Source: an uncultured Blautia sp.
GTDB taxonomy: Bacteria > Bacillota > Clostridia > Lachnospirales > Lachnospiraceae
DNA length: 43,869 bases
Direction: 5' to 3'
NCBI GenBank assembly: GCA_964609645.1
Contig: CAZSTD010000001.1
Span: forward strand, 12,091-55,959
Numbering within the stretch: the first letter of the stretch is position 1; the number at the start of each line of letters is the position of its first letter. Under the pieces are notes generated by a model. It saw only the letters and a program-made list of their open reading frames with translations. It did no database searches and had not been told where the DNA came from. Below, in pieces: positions 1 through 9,895 of the stretch. The translations under genes and the position numbers were made by a program.

Positions 1-1274
1 TATCTTCCCTGTGCCTGATTATCGTTATAATAAACATAATACATAAGCAAAATCACTGGAATGATAACTAGCAACAGCATCATAAAATGAAAAATCCCTT
101 CAGCATTCCATTGTTTTGAAACCACATTTGTTTTGATTTTCCAGACATCACCCGATACTGTCTTTTTATGCACAGTGTAAAAGGTTTTCTTAAAATTGAA
201 TGTTCCTCTCACAAAGAAAACACTCAATGTTCCAAATGCAAAAAATACGATATACATTTTACTGATCGTATATGGCATATAAATTTCCATCAGTCCAAAC
301 GTACCGATAAAACTTACGCATACGGTTAATGCCCAGTTATGATACCATCCCGGGTCCTGATATAAGATAATATCTTTCCAAGTCCATCCTAGTTTCTGTG
401 GAGTAGGATAAAGAGATGGTCTATAATCTTTCTGCGCATATTTTTCAGCACATTCTGTACAAGCTTTTCTTCCAAGAAAATCTCCGTCGTATAAAATTGC
501 ATTGCGAATGAACCACCATCCACAAAGCAGTATGGTTACGCCTGCGATCACTACGCCTCTGCTCAAAAGAAAACGAACTCTCTGTCCAAAATTTTCTTCT
601 CTGCACAGCAATATAGTAAGGCAAAAGAAGAAAAAGCTGCAGAGTATCCAACCATATGCGTTATAATAAGACAGTGCACAAACAGCCATTCCTACTGCAA
701 GGATCATACAGTTTTTCCACGTCCAGTCTTCTCTCAGATAAGAAGCCCATGCATATAAGATCACTGCTGCTGACAAAAGTGCCAAGGAATCTGTATTCAC
801 ATAAGTTCCCATAAAGATTGCCTGTGGCATAAATCCCGCCATTACAACAAACAACCACCTAACTTCTTCGGCATATTTTTTCTTCGGAAATAATTTTCCA
901 GAAGCTTTTACAATGAAATATACCGCCCCTGTAACAAAGAGTACATCCGCCATACGTGCAACTTTAAAAGCAGAATAACCTAAGTCCACAAAAAGTCCGA
1001 AAAATCTTATAAATGCAGCCGAAATCATATACGATATGATCGGATAATACGCATATGAGATTCCCCATACCTCATTTCTGACGGCTGGATCATCGCCTTT
1101 AGGAAGCGCTCCATGATGTTTGCAGATATACTCCACAACAAGATATCTCATTCTCTCATCTGGTCCTGCTCCAAACGGCTGAGTCATTGCCCATACAGTC
1201 ATCAATATAAATGCCAGCATCACAAATAATATCGTCATGCTTTTTTCATTAATTTCTAATTTTTTCTTTAACAT
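1..1274 (-). CDS. GT-C-fold membrane glycosyltransferase (ArnT/PMT/DUF2142-like), 3' end outside window
   Basis: Not in the ORF track because it runs off the edge. Manual translation from ATG 1274 (RBS GAAGGAAG): MLKKKLEINEKSMTILFVMLAFILMTVWAMTQPFGAGPDERMRY. A TM helix is followed by a PDE acidic motif. The same frame reads ...YYNDNQAQGRY at the window edge. The middle of the frame was not translated codon by codon. Confidence 0.75.
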   Translation of the reverse strand, partial: MLKKKLEINEKSMTILFVMLAFILMTVWAMTQPFGAGPDERMRYLVVEYICKHHGALPKGDDPAVRNEVWGISYAYYPIISYMISAAFIRFFGLFVDLGYSAFKVARMADVLFVTGAVYFIVKASGKLFPKKKYAEEVRWLFVVMAGFMPQAIFMGTYVNTDSLALLSAAVILYAWASYLREDWTWKNCMILAVGMAVCALSYYNAYGWILCSFFFFCLTILLCREENFGQRVRFLLSRGVVIAGVTILLCGWWFIRNAILYDGDFLGRKACTECAEKYAQKDYRPSLYPTPQKLGWTWKDIILYQDPGWYHNWALTVCVSFIGTFGLMEIYMPYTISKMYIVFFAFGTLSVFFVRGTFNFKKTFYTVHKKTVSGDVWKIKTNVVSKQWNAEGIFHFMMLLLVIIPVILLMYYVYYNDNQAQGR

Positions 1275-1288
1275 ATCTTCCTTCACAT

Positions 1289-3751
1289 TCAACTATCTTT
1301 TTTATCTTGAATTCTTTTTAACGAGAAATCCTGACTTTTCAGCGTAAGATTTGGGTTATAATATGGATCTCCATTCTTTAATATGTCCGGCCATTTCTTT
1401 TCAAATGTAGCAATTTCTCTATTAAAGCGAGCTACCTTCTCCGGAGTATCTTCAAGTCCTCTTGATTTTGATTCATAATGGTATAATTCTGCATATGGAT
1501 TATATACGATCAGATAGCCAGCCTGTCGCAGTTTCATACAAAAATCAATATCATTAAATGCAACTGCAAGGTCCTCTGAAAGTCCGTTTACTGCGTCAAA
1601 AGCAGATCTCTTCACCATCATACAAGCCGCTGTAACTGCACTGTAATCCTGCGCACAAATAATCCTATGGCAATACCCTGTACTGCCTCTTTTCTGCATG
1701 ACAAAGCAATGCCCTGCAATCCCTCCAAAGCCAATCACAACACCCGCATGCTGGATCGTATCATCTTCATAGTAAAGTCTTGCGCCAACTGCACCAACAT
1801 CTTTGCGCATACAATACCCCAGCAATTCTTCCAGGCAGTCCGGATTGATGATCTCCGTGTCATTATTCAACAGTAATAGATACTCTCCCTTTGCAAAGGA
1901 AGCACCATAATTATTAATCGCAGAATAATTAAACACGCCGTCCCAGTATACCATGTGTACTTTCGGATTCTCTGCCTCTAATTTTTTATAATATTCAAAG
2001 GTTGCAGGATCTGTACTATTATTTTCCACAATAATATACTCATAATTTTTATAAGTAGAATTCTTTTCAATAGAATCCATACACCGCTTCAAATCGTCAA
2101 TATGGTCCTTATTTGGAATAATAATAGAGATCAATGGATCATAGTCTCTGATAAATTTCGTTCTGTATAATCCCAAATACTCTCCTTTGAAAACTTCTGC
2201 ATTGATCCCAATTCTATTGTAGTGATCTTGAACCGCACGTTTTCCTGCCTCAAAAGCATACAGCTTACTTTCCGGATTTTCTGCTGTAGAGTCCTCATGG
2301 CATCTCCAGTGATACAGAATTTTAGGAATATGATAGATTTCTTCCGGTTTTACTGCCTCTACGCAGCGAAAAACAAAATCATAATCCTGCGCACCGTCAA
2401 ACTCACTTCTAAGACCTCCTGTTTTTTCAAGGACTTTACGTGATACCACAAATAAATGACAAATATAGTTCACCGTACAAAGCAGATCCGGATTATAGTC
2501 CGGCTTAAAATGTGGCTGGAAAAACTTATGTCCATCCATTGACATCTTATCCTCATCGCTATATATCAATAAGGTCTGCGGATTATCGTTCAGTGCCTTG
2601 ACACATTCAAACAAAGCGTTCTGTACCAATTCATCATCATGATCTGCAAAAGCAATAAAATCACCAGACGCAAGTTCTATTGCACTGTTAGTATTTTCTG
2701 ATATCTGAAGTGCCTCATTATGCGAAACATATTTAATCCTCTTATCTTTTGCGGACAGTTCCTTTAACAATGCTGTCAAAGGTGAATGTGTACCACTTCC
2801 ATCAGAAAAACAAAGTTCCCAGTTTGAATAAGTCTGTTCCTCAAGCGACTCCACCAGTCTTCTTAAATATTTTTCTGGAGTTTTATATAAAGGCACTACA
2901 ATAGAAATCTTTGGATGATACGCAAATGTCGTTTTTCTCTGTTTCTCCAGTTCACTTTTTCCCGGCAGATGGTACCGGATCCATTTCTGATAAACCGGTG
3001 GACCTTGACGTACATTTTTAATCTTTGCAAATACTTTTTCTACAAAAGCTGTACTTCCCTGTGCCTTCCAGTAGTGAATGCCTTTTTGTGCATATTTTTC
3101 TACTTTTTTTGCCAAAATATCTGCTTTTCTCAGTGGAACGATATGCACAACTTTTTCCTCTCCAGCATAGAAAACCATATACAGTCGTTTTCCTGAAACG
3201 TTCGTAATCTCGGTAAAAAATCCCGTTTTTTCCGGATTTTTCACCTCTTCAAACAACTGATTTACATCTACTCTGTTTGTCCTCTGGATTTCAGCTTCAA
3301 TCAGCTTCTTATTTTCATCAAAAATACGAATACTTACAGGTTTCTGTGCAATTGCCCATCCTCTAATGCGGACAGTTCCCTGTTCTGCCTTCTCCTCTTC
3401 GAAATAAATCTGAGGCTTATCTCTTTTCTTTTCAAGATTGCGAGCAGTAATGGAAAACCATACTTTTTTTGTATCGGAAAATTTCTCATATATTACCAAT
3501 TTATGAAAATCTTTCAGTTCCTGAGGTATCTTGATCGTTGCCGTTACTTGTATTCCTTCCATTTTCTCAGGATCATTAAAGCGCTCCAATGCATTTGTAT
3601 TTTCTACTTCATTTACAGACACCTGTAATTTCTTATCATCCAAAAAAACTTCCATGGAAGCTTTTTTAGGCCAATATCCCTGTATAATATACTGAGTTCT
3701 ATCTAATAAATGAAATCTCTCTCTTACTACTTCAAATATTTCCTTAGGCAT
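1289..3751 (-). CDS. Multidomain family 2 glycosyltransferase (two GT2 domains; rhamnosyltransferase-like)
   Basis: ISIVVPLYKT...FADHDD and ISIIIPNKDH...LLLNNDTE...AVTAACMM...FNDIDFC. Start moved to ATG 3751 (GGAG RBS, next to the upstream stop). Confidence 0.85.
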   Translation of the reverse strand: MPKEIFEVVRERFHLLDRTQYIIQGYWPKKASMEVFLDDKKLQVSVNEVENTNALERFNDPEKMEGIQVTATIKIPQELKDFHKLVIYEKFSDTKKVWFSITARNLEKKRDKPQIYFEEEKAEQGTVRIRGWAIAQKPVSIRIFDENKKLIEAEIQRTNRVDVNQLFEEVKNPEKTGFFTEITNVSGKRLYMVFYAGEEKVVHIVPLRKADILAKKVEKYAQKGIHYWKAQGSTAFVEKVFAKIKNVRQGPPVYQKWIRYHLPGKSELEKQRKTTFAYHPKISIVVPLYKTPEKYLRRLVESLEEQTYSNWELCFSDGSGTHSPLTALLKELSAKDKRIKYVSHNEALQISENTNSAIELASGDFIAFADHDDELVQNALFECVKALNDNPQTLLIYSDEDKMSMDGHKFFQPHFKPDYNPDLLCTVNYICHLFVVSRKVLEKTGGLRSEFDGAQDYDFVFRCVEAVKPEEIYHIPKILYHWRCHEDSTAENPESKLYAFEAGKRAVQDHYNRIGINAEVFKGEYLGLYRTKFIRDYDPLISIIIPNKDHIDDLKRCMDSIEKNSTYKNYEYIIVENNSTDPATFEYYKKLEAENPKVHMVYWDGVFNYSAINNYGASFAKGEYLLLLNNDTEIINPDCLEELLGYCMRKDVGAVGARLYYEDDTIQHAGVVIGFGGIAGHCFVMQKRGSTGYCHRIICAQDYSAVTAACMMVKRSAFDAVNGLSEDLAVAFNDIDFCMKLRQAGYLIVYNPYAELYHYESKSRGLEDTPEKVARFNREIATFEKKWPDILKNGDPYYNPNLTLKSQDFSLKRIQDKKDS

Positions 3752-3752
3752 G

Positions 3753-6251
3753 TTAATCTCCATTTCCCTCTAATTTTCTCAGAGAGCAATCTGTGTTATT
3801 TAATGTCAGATTTGGGCTGTAATAAGGATCTCCCTTTAACAGTTCCCTTTCCCATTTTCTGCGGAAACAGTTTACTTCTCTAGCGAACCGTAGCTGTTTC
3901 TCCGGTGTATCCTCCATTCCTCTGGACTTGGATTCATAATGATACAGCTCCGCATATGGAATAAATAAGATTTTTTGTCCCTTACTTCTTACTTTCATGC
4001 AAAGATCAATATCATTAAACGCTACTTTCAGTTCCTCATCAAATCCTTCCACTGCTTTGAAAACAGAAGTCTTTACCATCATACATGCCGCTGTAACTGC
4101 ACTCATTTCCTGTACACAGCACAGACGTCTCATATATCCTTCTGCGTCACGCGGAAGCTTACATAAAATATGTGCCGCTACACCGCCAAGTCCAATCACA
4201 ACACCCGCATGCTGAATGGTGTCATCTGGGTAATATAATTTGGCCCCTACCATTCCAACATTTTTTTGCTGACAAAATTGGAGCATTTCTTCAATCCAAG
4301 ACTCTGTGATGATCTCAACATCATTATTAAGAAATAACAAAAATTCTCCCTGCGCTTCTTTTACAGCAAAGTTATTAATAGCTGAATAGTTAAATTCCTT
4401 TTTCCATGTAAGGATTCTAATATTCGGATATCTATTTTTCAGTGTTTCATAATATACAAATGTTTCTTTTTCTACACTGTTATTTTCTACAATGATGATC
4501 TCATAGTTTTTCCAGGTCGTTTTTTCTTCTATAGAGGAAATGCATAATTCCAAGTCATTGATATGATCTTTGTTTGGAATAATAATAGAAACCATAGGTT
4601 CTCCCTGAATAGCCATATGACTTCTATACCATCCTGCCTTATCTGCCAATTCTGTAACAGCACGGATCTGCATTCTCTTATAATGATCCTCAAGTGCTCT
4701 TCTTCCGGCTTCCCAGTTTTTCTTTTGTTGTTCCTGTAAGAGCATCTTACCATCATTTACATAATGACAAAGGACTCTTGGAATGTGCACAACTTTAGCA
4801 GCTTGTTCACAGCATCTTAAAATCATATCATAATTTTGAGCACCATCATATTCCGGTCGGAATCTGCCAATCTGTTCCAGAATTTCTTTTCGAACTGTCC
4901 AAAATTGTCCGATATAATTGTTTTCTCTCAATCTAAACAAATTAAAATCTGGTTTGAATCTCGGATTGTAATGGCATTTTCCATCTATACTTATTTCATC
5001 TTCATCCGTATAGATCATGTCCGCTTTTTTCTCAGTGATCGCCTTAACCATTCCAAAAAGAGCATCCGGTGCAGCTACAATCTTTTGATCAGAAAATAAA
5101 ATATAATCTCCCATCGCAAGCTTCAATGCCGCATTCAAACTTTCAGAAATATTCTGTTCTTCCGTGACCTTCTTGTAAGATATCCTAATTTCTTTCTTGT
5201 AATTTTTTCGCAAAAAGGCACAGACTTCTTCACCTTTATTTGCATCAACCAGACATAGCTGCCAATTACTGTATGTCTGATCCACATATGCATCGAGCAC
5301 CTTATTCAAATATTTTATGTCTGTGTCTCTCAAAACAACCACAACACTCACTAACGGCATATAAGAAAAGATTGCATTTCTTTGCCTTTTCAGCTCTTTT
5401 CTAAACGTCTCATGGTCTTTAAACCACTCCTCATATTCTTGCTCCCCATCCTTGAGCTGAGAATTTTTTACATATCTGACAAATCTGCCAAAGCCATATT
5501 CTTTTATATATTGCCAATTCTTATTCTTGTTTTCTAATGATAAAATTTTTATCTGCTGGTAGAGACCTGTATTTTCTCTTTTTAATTTCTTTACATTTAC
5601 TCTATATATTTTCTGTATATCTTGCCCACGGAAACAAAGGCAGATGTTCTGGTTGTGTATATTTTCCAGATCCACTGTAATAGTAAAACCAAGATTTCTG
5701 TTTTCGGTTTCGGAAATTCCTTTTACTTCCTCTACATCTGGGCGCTTATGTCTAATGATAGTACATTCCACTATCTTTCCATCTGTATTTTGTACAAACA
5801 CATCATCAGAATCCATCTGATTTACAACCCAGCCTCTGATCATCAGAATATTTCCTTGTGTGATCTGTTCTTCATCTATGTGATATTCGATAAGATTTTC
5901 TTTACAAAATGCTTTTATTGCCTGTGCCGTTTCTTCCCAAATGACTTCTTTTTCATTCTCTGTCCACAACACAATCTGCAAATTTTCATGTTCTTGTGCA
6001 AGTTGCAAAATCTCTGGTATTTTTATCTGGAAACCTGCATTTTGTATATTTTGTGTTTGTTTTAAATAACTGGTTACATCTTCTCTTTCATAACGCGAAG
6101 GTTCAGGAAAAGAAATCTCTTTTCCTGAACCATAGAGTGAAAAATTGCACATCGCTTTATCTCTGGTTACTGCCCATCCAGTAATTATCAGAGTATGATC
6201 GTCTTTATGCTTATACAGTTTTTTATCCACACTCCAAAGTATATTTCCCAT
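3753..6251 (-). CDS. Multidomain family 2 glycosyltransferase, paralog of the adjacent GT2
   Basis: VSIIIPNKDH...LFLNNDVE...AVTAACMM...ELYHYESKSRG shared with the 1289-3751 protein. Start moved to ATG 6251 (MGNILW), 2 nt after the upstream stop. Confidence 0.85.
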   Translation of the reverse strand: MGNILWSVDKKLYKHKDDHTLIITGWAVTRDKAMCNFSLYGSGKEISFPEPSRYEREDVTSYLKQTQNIQNAGFQIKIPEILQLAQEHENLQIVLWTENEKEVIWEETAQAIKAFCKENLIEYHIDEEQITQGNILMIRGWVVNQMDSDDVFVQNTDGKIVECTIIRHKRPDVEEVKGISETENRNLGFTITVDLENIHNQNICLCFRGQDIQKIYRVNVKKLKRENTGLYQQIKILSLENKNKNWQYIKEYGFGRFVRYVKNSQLKDGEQEYEEWFKDHETFRKELKRQRNAIFSYMPLVSVVVVLRDTDIKYLNKVLDAYVDQTYSNWQLCLVDANKGEEVCAFLRKNYKKEIRISYKKVTEEQNISESLNAALKLAMGDYILFSDQKIVAAPDALFGMVKAITEKKADMIYTDEDEISIDGKCHYNPRFKPDFNLFRLRENNYIGQFWTVRKEILEQIGRFRPEYDGAQNYDMILRCCEQAAKVVHIPRVLCHYVNDGKMLLQEQQKKNWEAGRRALEDHYKRMQIRAVTELADKAGWYRSHMAIQGEPMVSIIIPNKDHINDLELCISSIEEKTTWKNYEIIIVENNSVEKETFVYYETLKNRYPNIRILTWKKEFNYSAINNFAVKEAQGEFLLFLNNDVEIITESWIEEMLQFCQQKNVGMVGAKLYYPDDTIQHAGVVIGLGGVAAHILCKLPRDAEGYMRRLCCVQEMSAVTAACMMVKTSVFKAVEGFDEELKVAFNDIDLCMKVRSKGQKILFIPYAELYHYESKSRGMEDTPEKQLRFAREVNCFRRKWERELLKGDPYYSPNLTLNNTDCSLRKLEGNGD

Positions 6252-6253
6252 AA

Positions 6254-8446
6254 TTAAACCCTTTTTACTGCACGATACAATTTCCATGCTTTACTATTTT
6301 CTACCTGATCCACCAATGTTTTTTTCTGCTCAAGTTCATATTTGAGCTGATCCATTGCTCTTTTTTGTTCCGTATATATCTTCCAAAATTTTCTTTCTGT
6401 TTCTTTTTCATCTAATATCTTCATTTCAATTTTGATAGATTTCTTATTCTCAGGAACAGAATCTACTATAATCTGCGGATCATCTCCTCCGAAATAAAAC
6501 TCCCCAAGCTCTACTTCACAACCATCTGTATAAAATGCCACAGAAGTTCCATCTTCCCATGTCAAGTTTTCAATCCTAAGCCCTTTTGCCTTTTCTCCCG
6601 GATCGATGCGAAGCATTTTTGTATTCTCAGGAAGTTCAAATTCCACATAAATCCTCCTGTTTCCAAATGGATATATTACAGAATCGGACTCATTAAAACT
6701 TGTTCCGTTGTCCCAGAAAATTTGAAGATTTTCCGTGAATTTCTCTTTCTTTTCTTTGTAATAGTCCTTAATTTCTACCTGTCCTGGTGAAATTTCCGCA
6801 TACATGTTTCGCATTGCTGCATGCTTACCTAAAATATACTGCTGAAAATTATGTTCCATCTTAGTATATACTTCAATATCTTCAGGAAGGATTCCAGCTT
6901 TTTCATAGAAATTCTGGTTCTTCAGCACTCCGCGTTTATCATTTAACTCCAAATAGTAAAAAATCATTCGATAAACCAAAAACTGTGACGGTACAGGAAA
7001 TGCAAATGTCCATTCATAATCAATCACGGACACTTTGGCATCAGATAAAATAATATTGGCAGGAACAAGATCAATGTTTGATATTTCTGCACTTTTTAAA
7101 TCATGGTGTAAATCAACGTCGCCAAACACTTCCACAAATTCCTGTGTTTTCTCAAATAAATTTTTCTCATGAATATTCTTTACTTTCTGTATATAAGAAA
7201 AGAATAATTTCTCCAATTCGTCGATTCTTCCTTCTTCCAGAAGATGATCCAGTTTATCCTCCAATGTGATTCCTGTTAAATATTCCAGTTTTGCACAGTT
7301 ATCCTCCAGAGTACATCTGTTTACCTCAATCCCCTCTTCTTTATACATTCCAGTCAATTTTTCATAGATCATTTCTAAATGTCGTATATGATCTACAGCC
7401 TTCTTTTGTGCCGGTATTTTCTTTACTGTTAGATTTTCATTTGCCATCTCGCTGATCTCTGTATAAATAGAAAATCGTTCATCTCTCTCATTGGAGAATT
7501 TTATATAAACAGGCTTCATTTGCGGCTGCTCTTTTCCAATTACAAGAAGAAAAGAATTTGCAAACTGTGAATATAAGTCATTATTTAAAAGTGTGTCATA
7601 AACTTGAGTCTCCTGAAATAGCTCCAGACGCAATCTATCAAAATTATAATCTTTTATATTTAATTCTCCGCTTGCTGGAAGATGTTGATCTGAATGAATC
7701 ATCATTGGAAATTTATAATCAGGGTATGGATAATACCAATCCGCTTTTAAATTTCCTGCTTTCTGAAGGATAGTGTTAAATTCTTTTCTCGAAAAAGTTT
7801 TCACGCCTTTTGTATTCGGATATCCCTGAATTCCCTCAAACAGAATCCCAAAATGATCTTCTGTACATCCTGCCCAATATTTTAGCCCTAATTTATTTTC
7901 TATTGCCAAAATAATTTTTCCATCGGGTTTCAAATGTTTGGATATGATCTTTAAAAAATCCACATACGGATCTTCACTCTGAATATAAGATTCACCATAT
8001 TCAAATACACCGATCAGGGTAATATAATCATATTTTTCTGTCAGATTTTTTTCGATATCCTGAAAGTTACCGACTAAGATTTTTAGATTCTCCTGATCTC
8101 TATGGCGATAAGCATTGATCTTACTTCTTTTCATAGAAAGCTCAATACAAGTCACTTCCTTCGCACGACTGCAAAGTGCACCAGTTACTGCGCCGCATCC
8201 AGCTCCAATCTCTAGAACTTTTTCGTCCCCTTTAAATGGAATCCAGTTTAAAATATTCTCTCTGATATGAGAGAAATGATATAAAATCGTCCAGTTTTTT
8301 CGTTCACTGATCACTCTGTTAAATTCTTCCGGCGCAAACTCTCTCGAAATTTCAAGCATTTCATCTTCTATCGCACCATCACTATACAAATCTTCTCCTG
8401 GATAGCATGTAGTATCTAAAATTACTTTTCCTATTTTTTCTTCCAT
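6254..8446 (-). CDS. Class I SAM-dependent methyltransferase with central kinase-like region and C-terminal coiled coil (WbdD-like architecture)
   Basis: VLEIGAGCGA SAM motif and YDYITLIGVFEY. Central NIDLVPANII...VIDYEW resembles the kinase catalytic loop and DFG-equivalent. C-terminal EQKRAMDQLKYELEQKK...VENSKAWKL is helical. Confidence 0.75.
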   Translation of the reverse strand: MEEKIGKVILDTTCYPGEDLYSDGAIEDEMLEISREFAPEEFNRVISERKNWTILYHFSHIRENILNWIPFKGDEKVLEIGAGCGAVTGALCSRAKEVTCIELSMKRSKINAYRHRDQENLKILVGNFQDIEKNLTEKYDYITLIGVFEYGESYIQSEDPYVDFLKIISKHLKPDGKIILAIENKLGLKYWAGCTEDHFGILFEGIQGYPNTKGVKTFSRKEFNTILQKAGNLKADWYYPYPDYKFPMMIHSDQHLPASGELNIKDYNFDRLRLELFQETQVYDTLLNNDLYSQFANSFLLVIGKEQPQMKPVYIKFSNERDERFSIYTEISEMANENLTVKKIPAQKKAVDHIRHLEMIYEKLTGMYKEEGIEVNRCTLEDNCAKLEYLTGITLEDKLDHLLEEGRIDELEKLFFSYIQKVKNIHEKNLFEKTQEFVEVFGDVDLHHDLKSAEISNIDLVPANIILSDAKVSVIDYEWTFAFPVPSQFLVYRMIFYYLELNDKRGVLKNQNFYEKAGILPEDIEVYTKMEHNFQQYILGKHAAMRNMYAEISPGQVEIKDYYKEKKEKFTENLQIFWDNGTSFNESDSVIYPFGNRRIYVEFELPENTKMLRIDPGEKAKGLRIENLTWEDGTSVAFYTDGCEVELGEFYFGGDDPQIIVDSVPENKKSIKIEMKILDEKETERKFWKIYTEQKRAMDQLKYELEQKKTLVDQVENSKAWKLYRAVKRV

Positions 8447-8521
8447 ATATTTTCCTCACACTAATTTGATCGTCACTGAGTCGCAGCGAACAGTACACTG
8501 GTATCTGTCACTAAATGGAAC

Positions 8522-9799
8522 TTATTCCTCACAATGGATCTCTACTTTAGAATCCATGTCATAAAAGCCAACTGTGTTCTTACTGGAGATTACAGTAACA
8601 TTACACGCATCATAAAGTCTATGGAACACTGTAAACTCCCCATTTTTATATCCGGTACATCCAAATGACAAAAGATATTCACCGCCCTGAAGGTTCATTA
8701 TCTGCGTAAATGTCACCGTACATACATCACCTTTTCCAGAGCGTTCAACTTTAACATTCTCATACATTGTATTGGTCCCTGTGATCTCTGTACCTTTAAC
8801 ATTTTTAAAAGTATAAGCCATGATCGGCTCTTGAATATCCTCGTTAAATCGCACTTTCATCCGAATCTGGAAAGAAGTTCCTTTCTCAATAGTATTAGAA
8901 CACATTCCCTTATCATCTATAATCCTAAAATCTATAATCTCAGCGATACGGTTTCCATATTCTAACATATTGGGATTTACCTGAAATTCTCCCCACTCCT
9001 CGCCATTTTCTGTCGAAGTCTGTTCTTTATTTTCTTCGCCTTCTTTTTGTTTCACAGGTGTCTGACCGACCAAAAGCTGTTTATAAAGATCCACCATCTG
9101 TTTCGGTGATCCTTCGTCGAGTTTCACACCTTTATTGAGCAGGATCACACGGTCACAATATTTGGAGACACTGCTCAGATCATGGCTTACGAACAGGATC
9201 GTTTTTCCCTGCTTTTTAAATTCTTCAAATTTATGATAGCATTTTGACTGGAAAAAGACATCGCCTACAGACAAGGCCTCATCCACGACCAGGATCTCCG
9301 GATCGATGTTGATAGCGACAGCAAAAGCCAGACGCACGAACATACCGCTGGAATATGTCTTTACAGGCTGATGAATAAATTCTCCAATGTCTGCAAATTC
9401 CAGGATATCGTCCAGTCTGGCATCTATTTCTTCCTTGGAAAATCCGATCATCGTGCCATTCAGATACACGTTCTCAAGACCAGAATACTCCATATTAAAA
9501 CCAGCACCAAGCTCCAGCAGTGCGGAAATCCTTCCATCTACTTTTACTTCTCCCTGTGTGGGATTCAAGACACCGGTAATGATCTTTAGAATGGTGGATT
9601 TACCGGAACCATTGGTTCCGATGATCCCCACACATTCCCCTTCATGGATATCAAAATTCACATCATGGAGCGCATAGTGTTCTCTGTACAGTTTCTTTCT
9701 CGTCAGTCCAAGTGACTCCTTCAAACGATCCGAAGGTTTATCATACAATTTATACATCTTGGTGAGATCTTTCACCTGAATTACTTTCTTATCTTCCAC
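8522..9799 (-). CDS. wzt: Polysaccharide ABC exporter ATP-binding protein with C-terminal Wzt_C-type domain
   Basis: GTNGSGKST, YSSGMFVRLAF, ILVVDEALSVGD, LFVSHD, plus about 170 aa C-terminal extension. GTG start at 9799 preferred (ORF track starts at 9862). Confidence 0.9.
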   Translation of the reverse strand: MEDKKVIQVKDLTKMYKLYDKPSDRLKESLGLTRKKLYREHYALHDVNFDIHEGECVGIIGTNGSGKSTILKIITGVLNPTQGEVKVDGRISALLELGAGFNMEYSGLENVYLNGTMIGFSKEEIDARLDDILEFADIGEFIHQPVKTYSSGMFVRLAFAVAINIDPEILVVDEALSVGDVFFQSKCYHKFEEFKKQGKTILFVSHDLSSVSKYCDRVILLNKGVKLDEGSPKQMVDLYKQLLVGQTPVKQKEGEENKEQTSTENGEEWGEFQVNPNMLEYGNRIAEIIDFRIIDDKGMCSNTIEKGTSFQIRMKVRFNEDIQEPIMAYTFKNVKGTEITGTNTMYENVKVERSGKGDVCTVTFTQIMNLQGGEYLLSFGCTGYKNGEFTVFHRLYDACNVTVISSKNTVGFYDMDSKVEIHCEE

Positions 9800-9895
9800 A
9801 TTTTTTCCTTTCTTCTGTCCATTCCATTCCTGCAGATACAAGCGCTTTTTCCAAATGCGCACATTTCCTAGCGCGCTGCGCAGCTCTCCAGTTTT

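Noticed and set aside
445-858. Small ORFs 445..651 and 661..858 as separate genes or frameshift fragments
   Set aside because: They are alternative frames within the GT-C gene, whose start at 1274 and QGRY motif at the window edge share one frame.
8468-8510. Intergenic gtcactgagtcgcagcgaacagtac, reminiscent of short palindromic repeats in Lachnospiraceae
   Set aside because: Only one copy noticed in the window and weak pairing; needs a genome-wide search.
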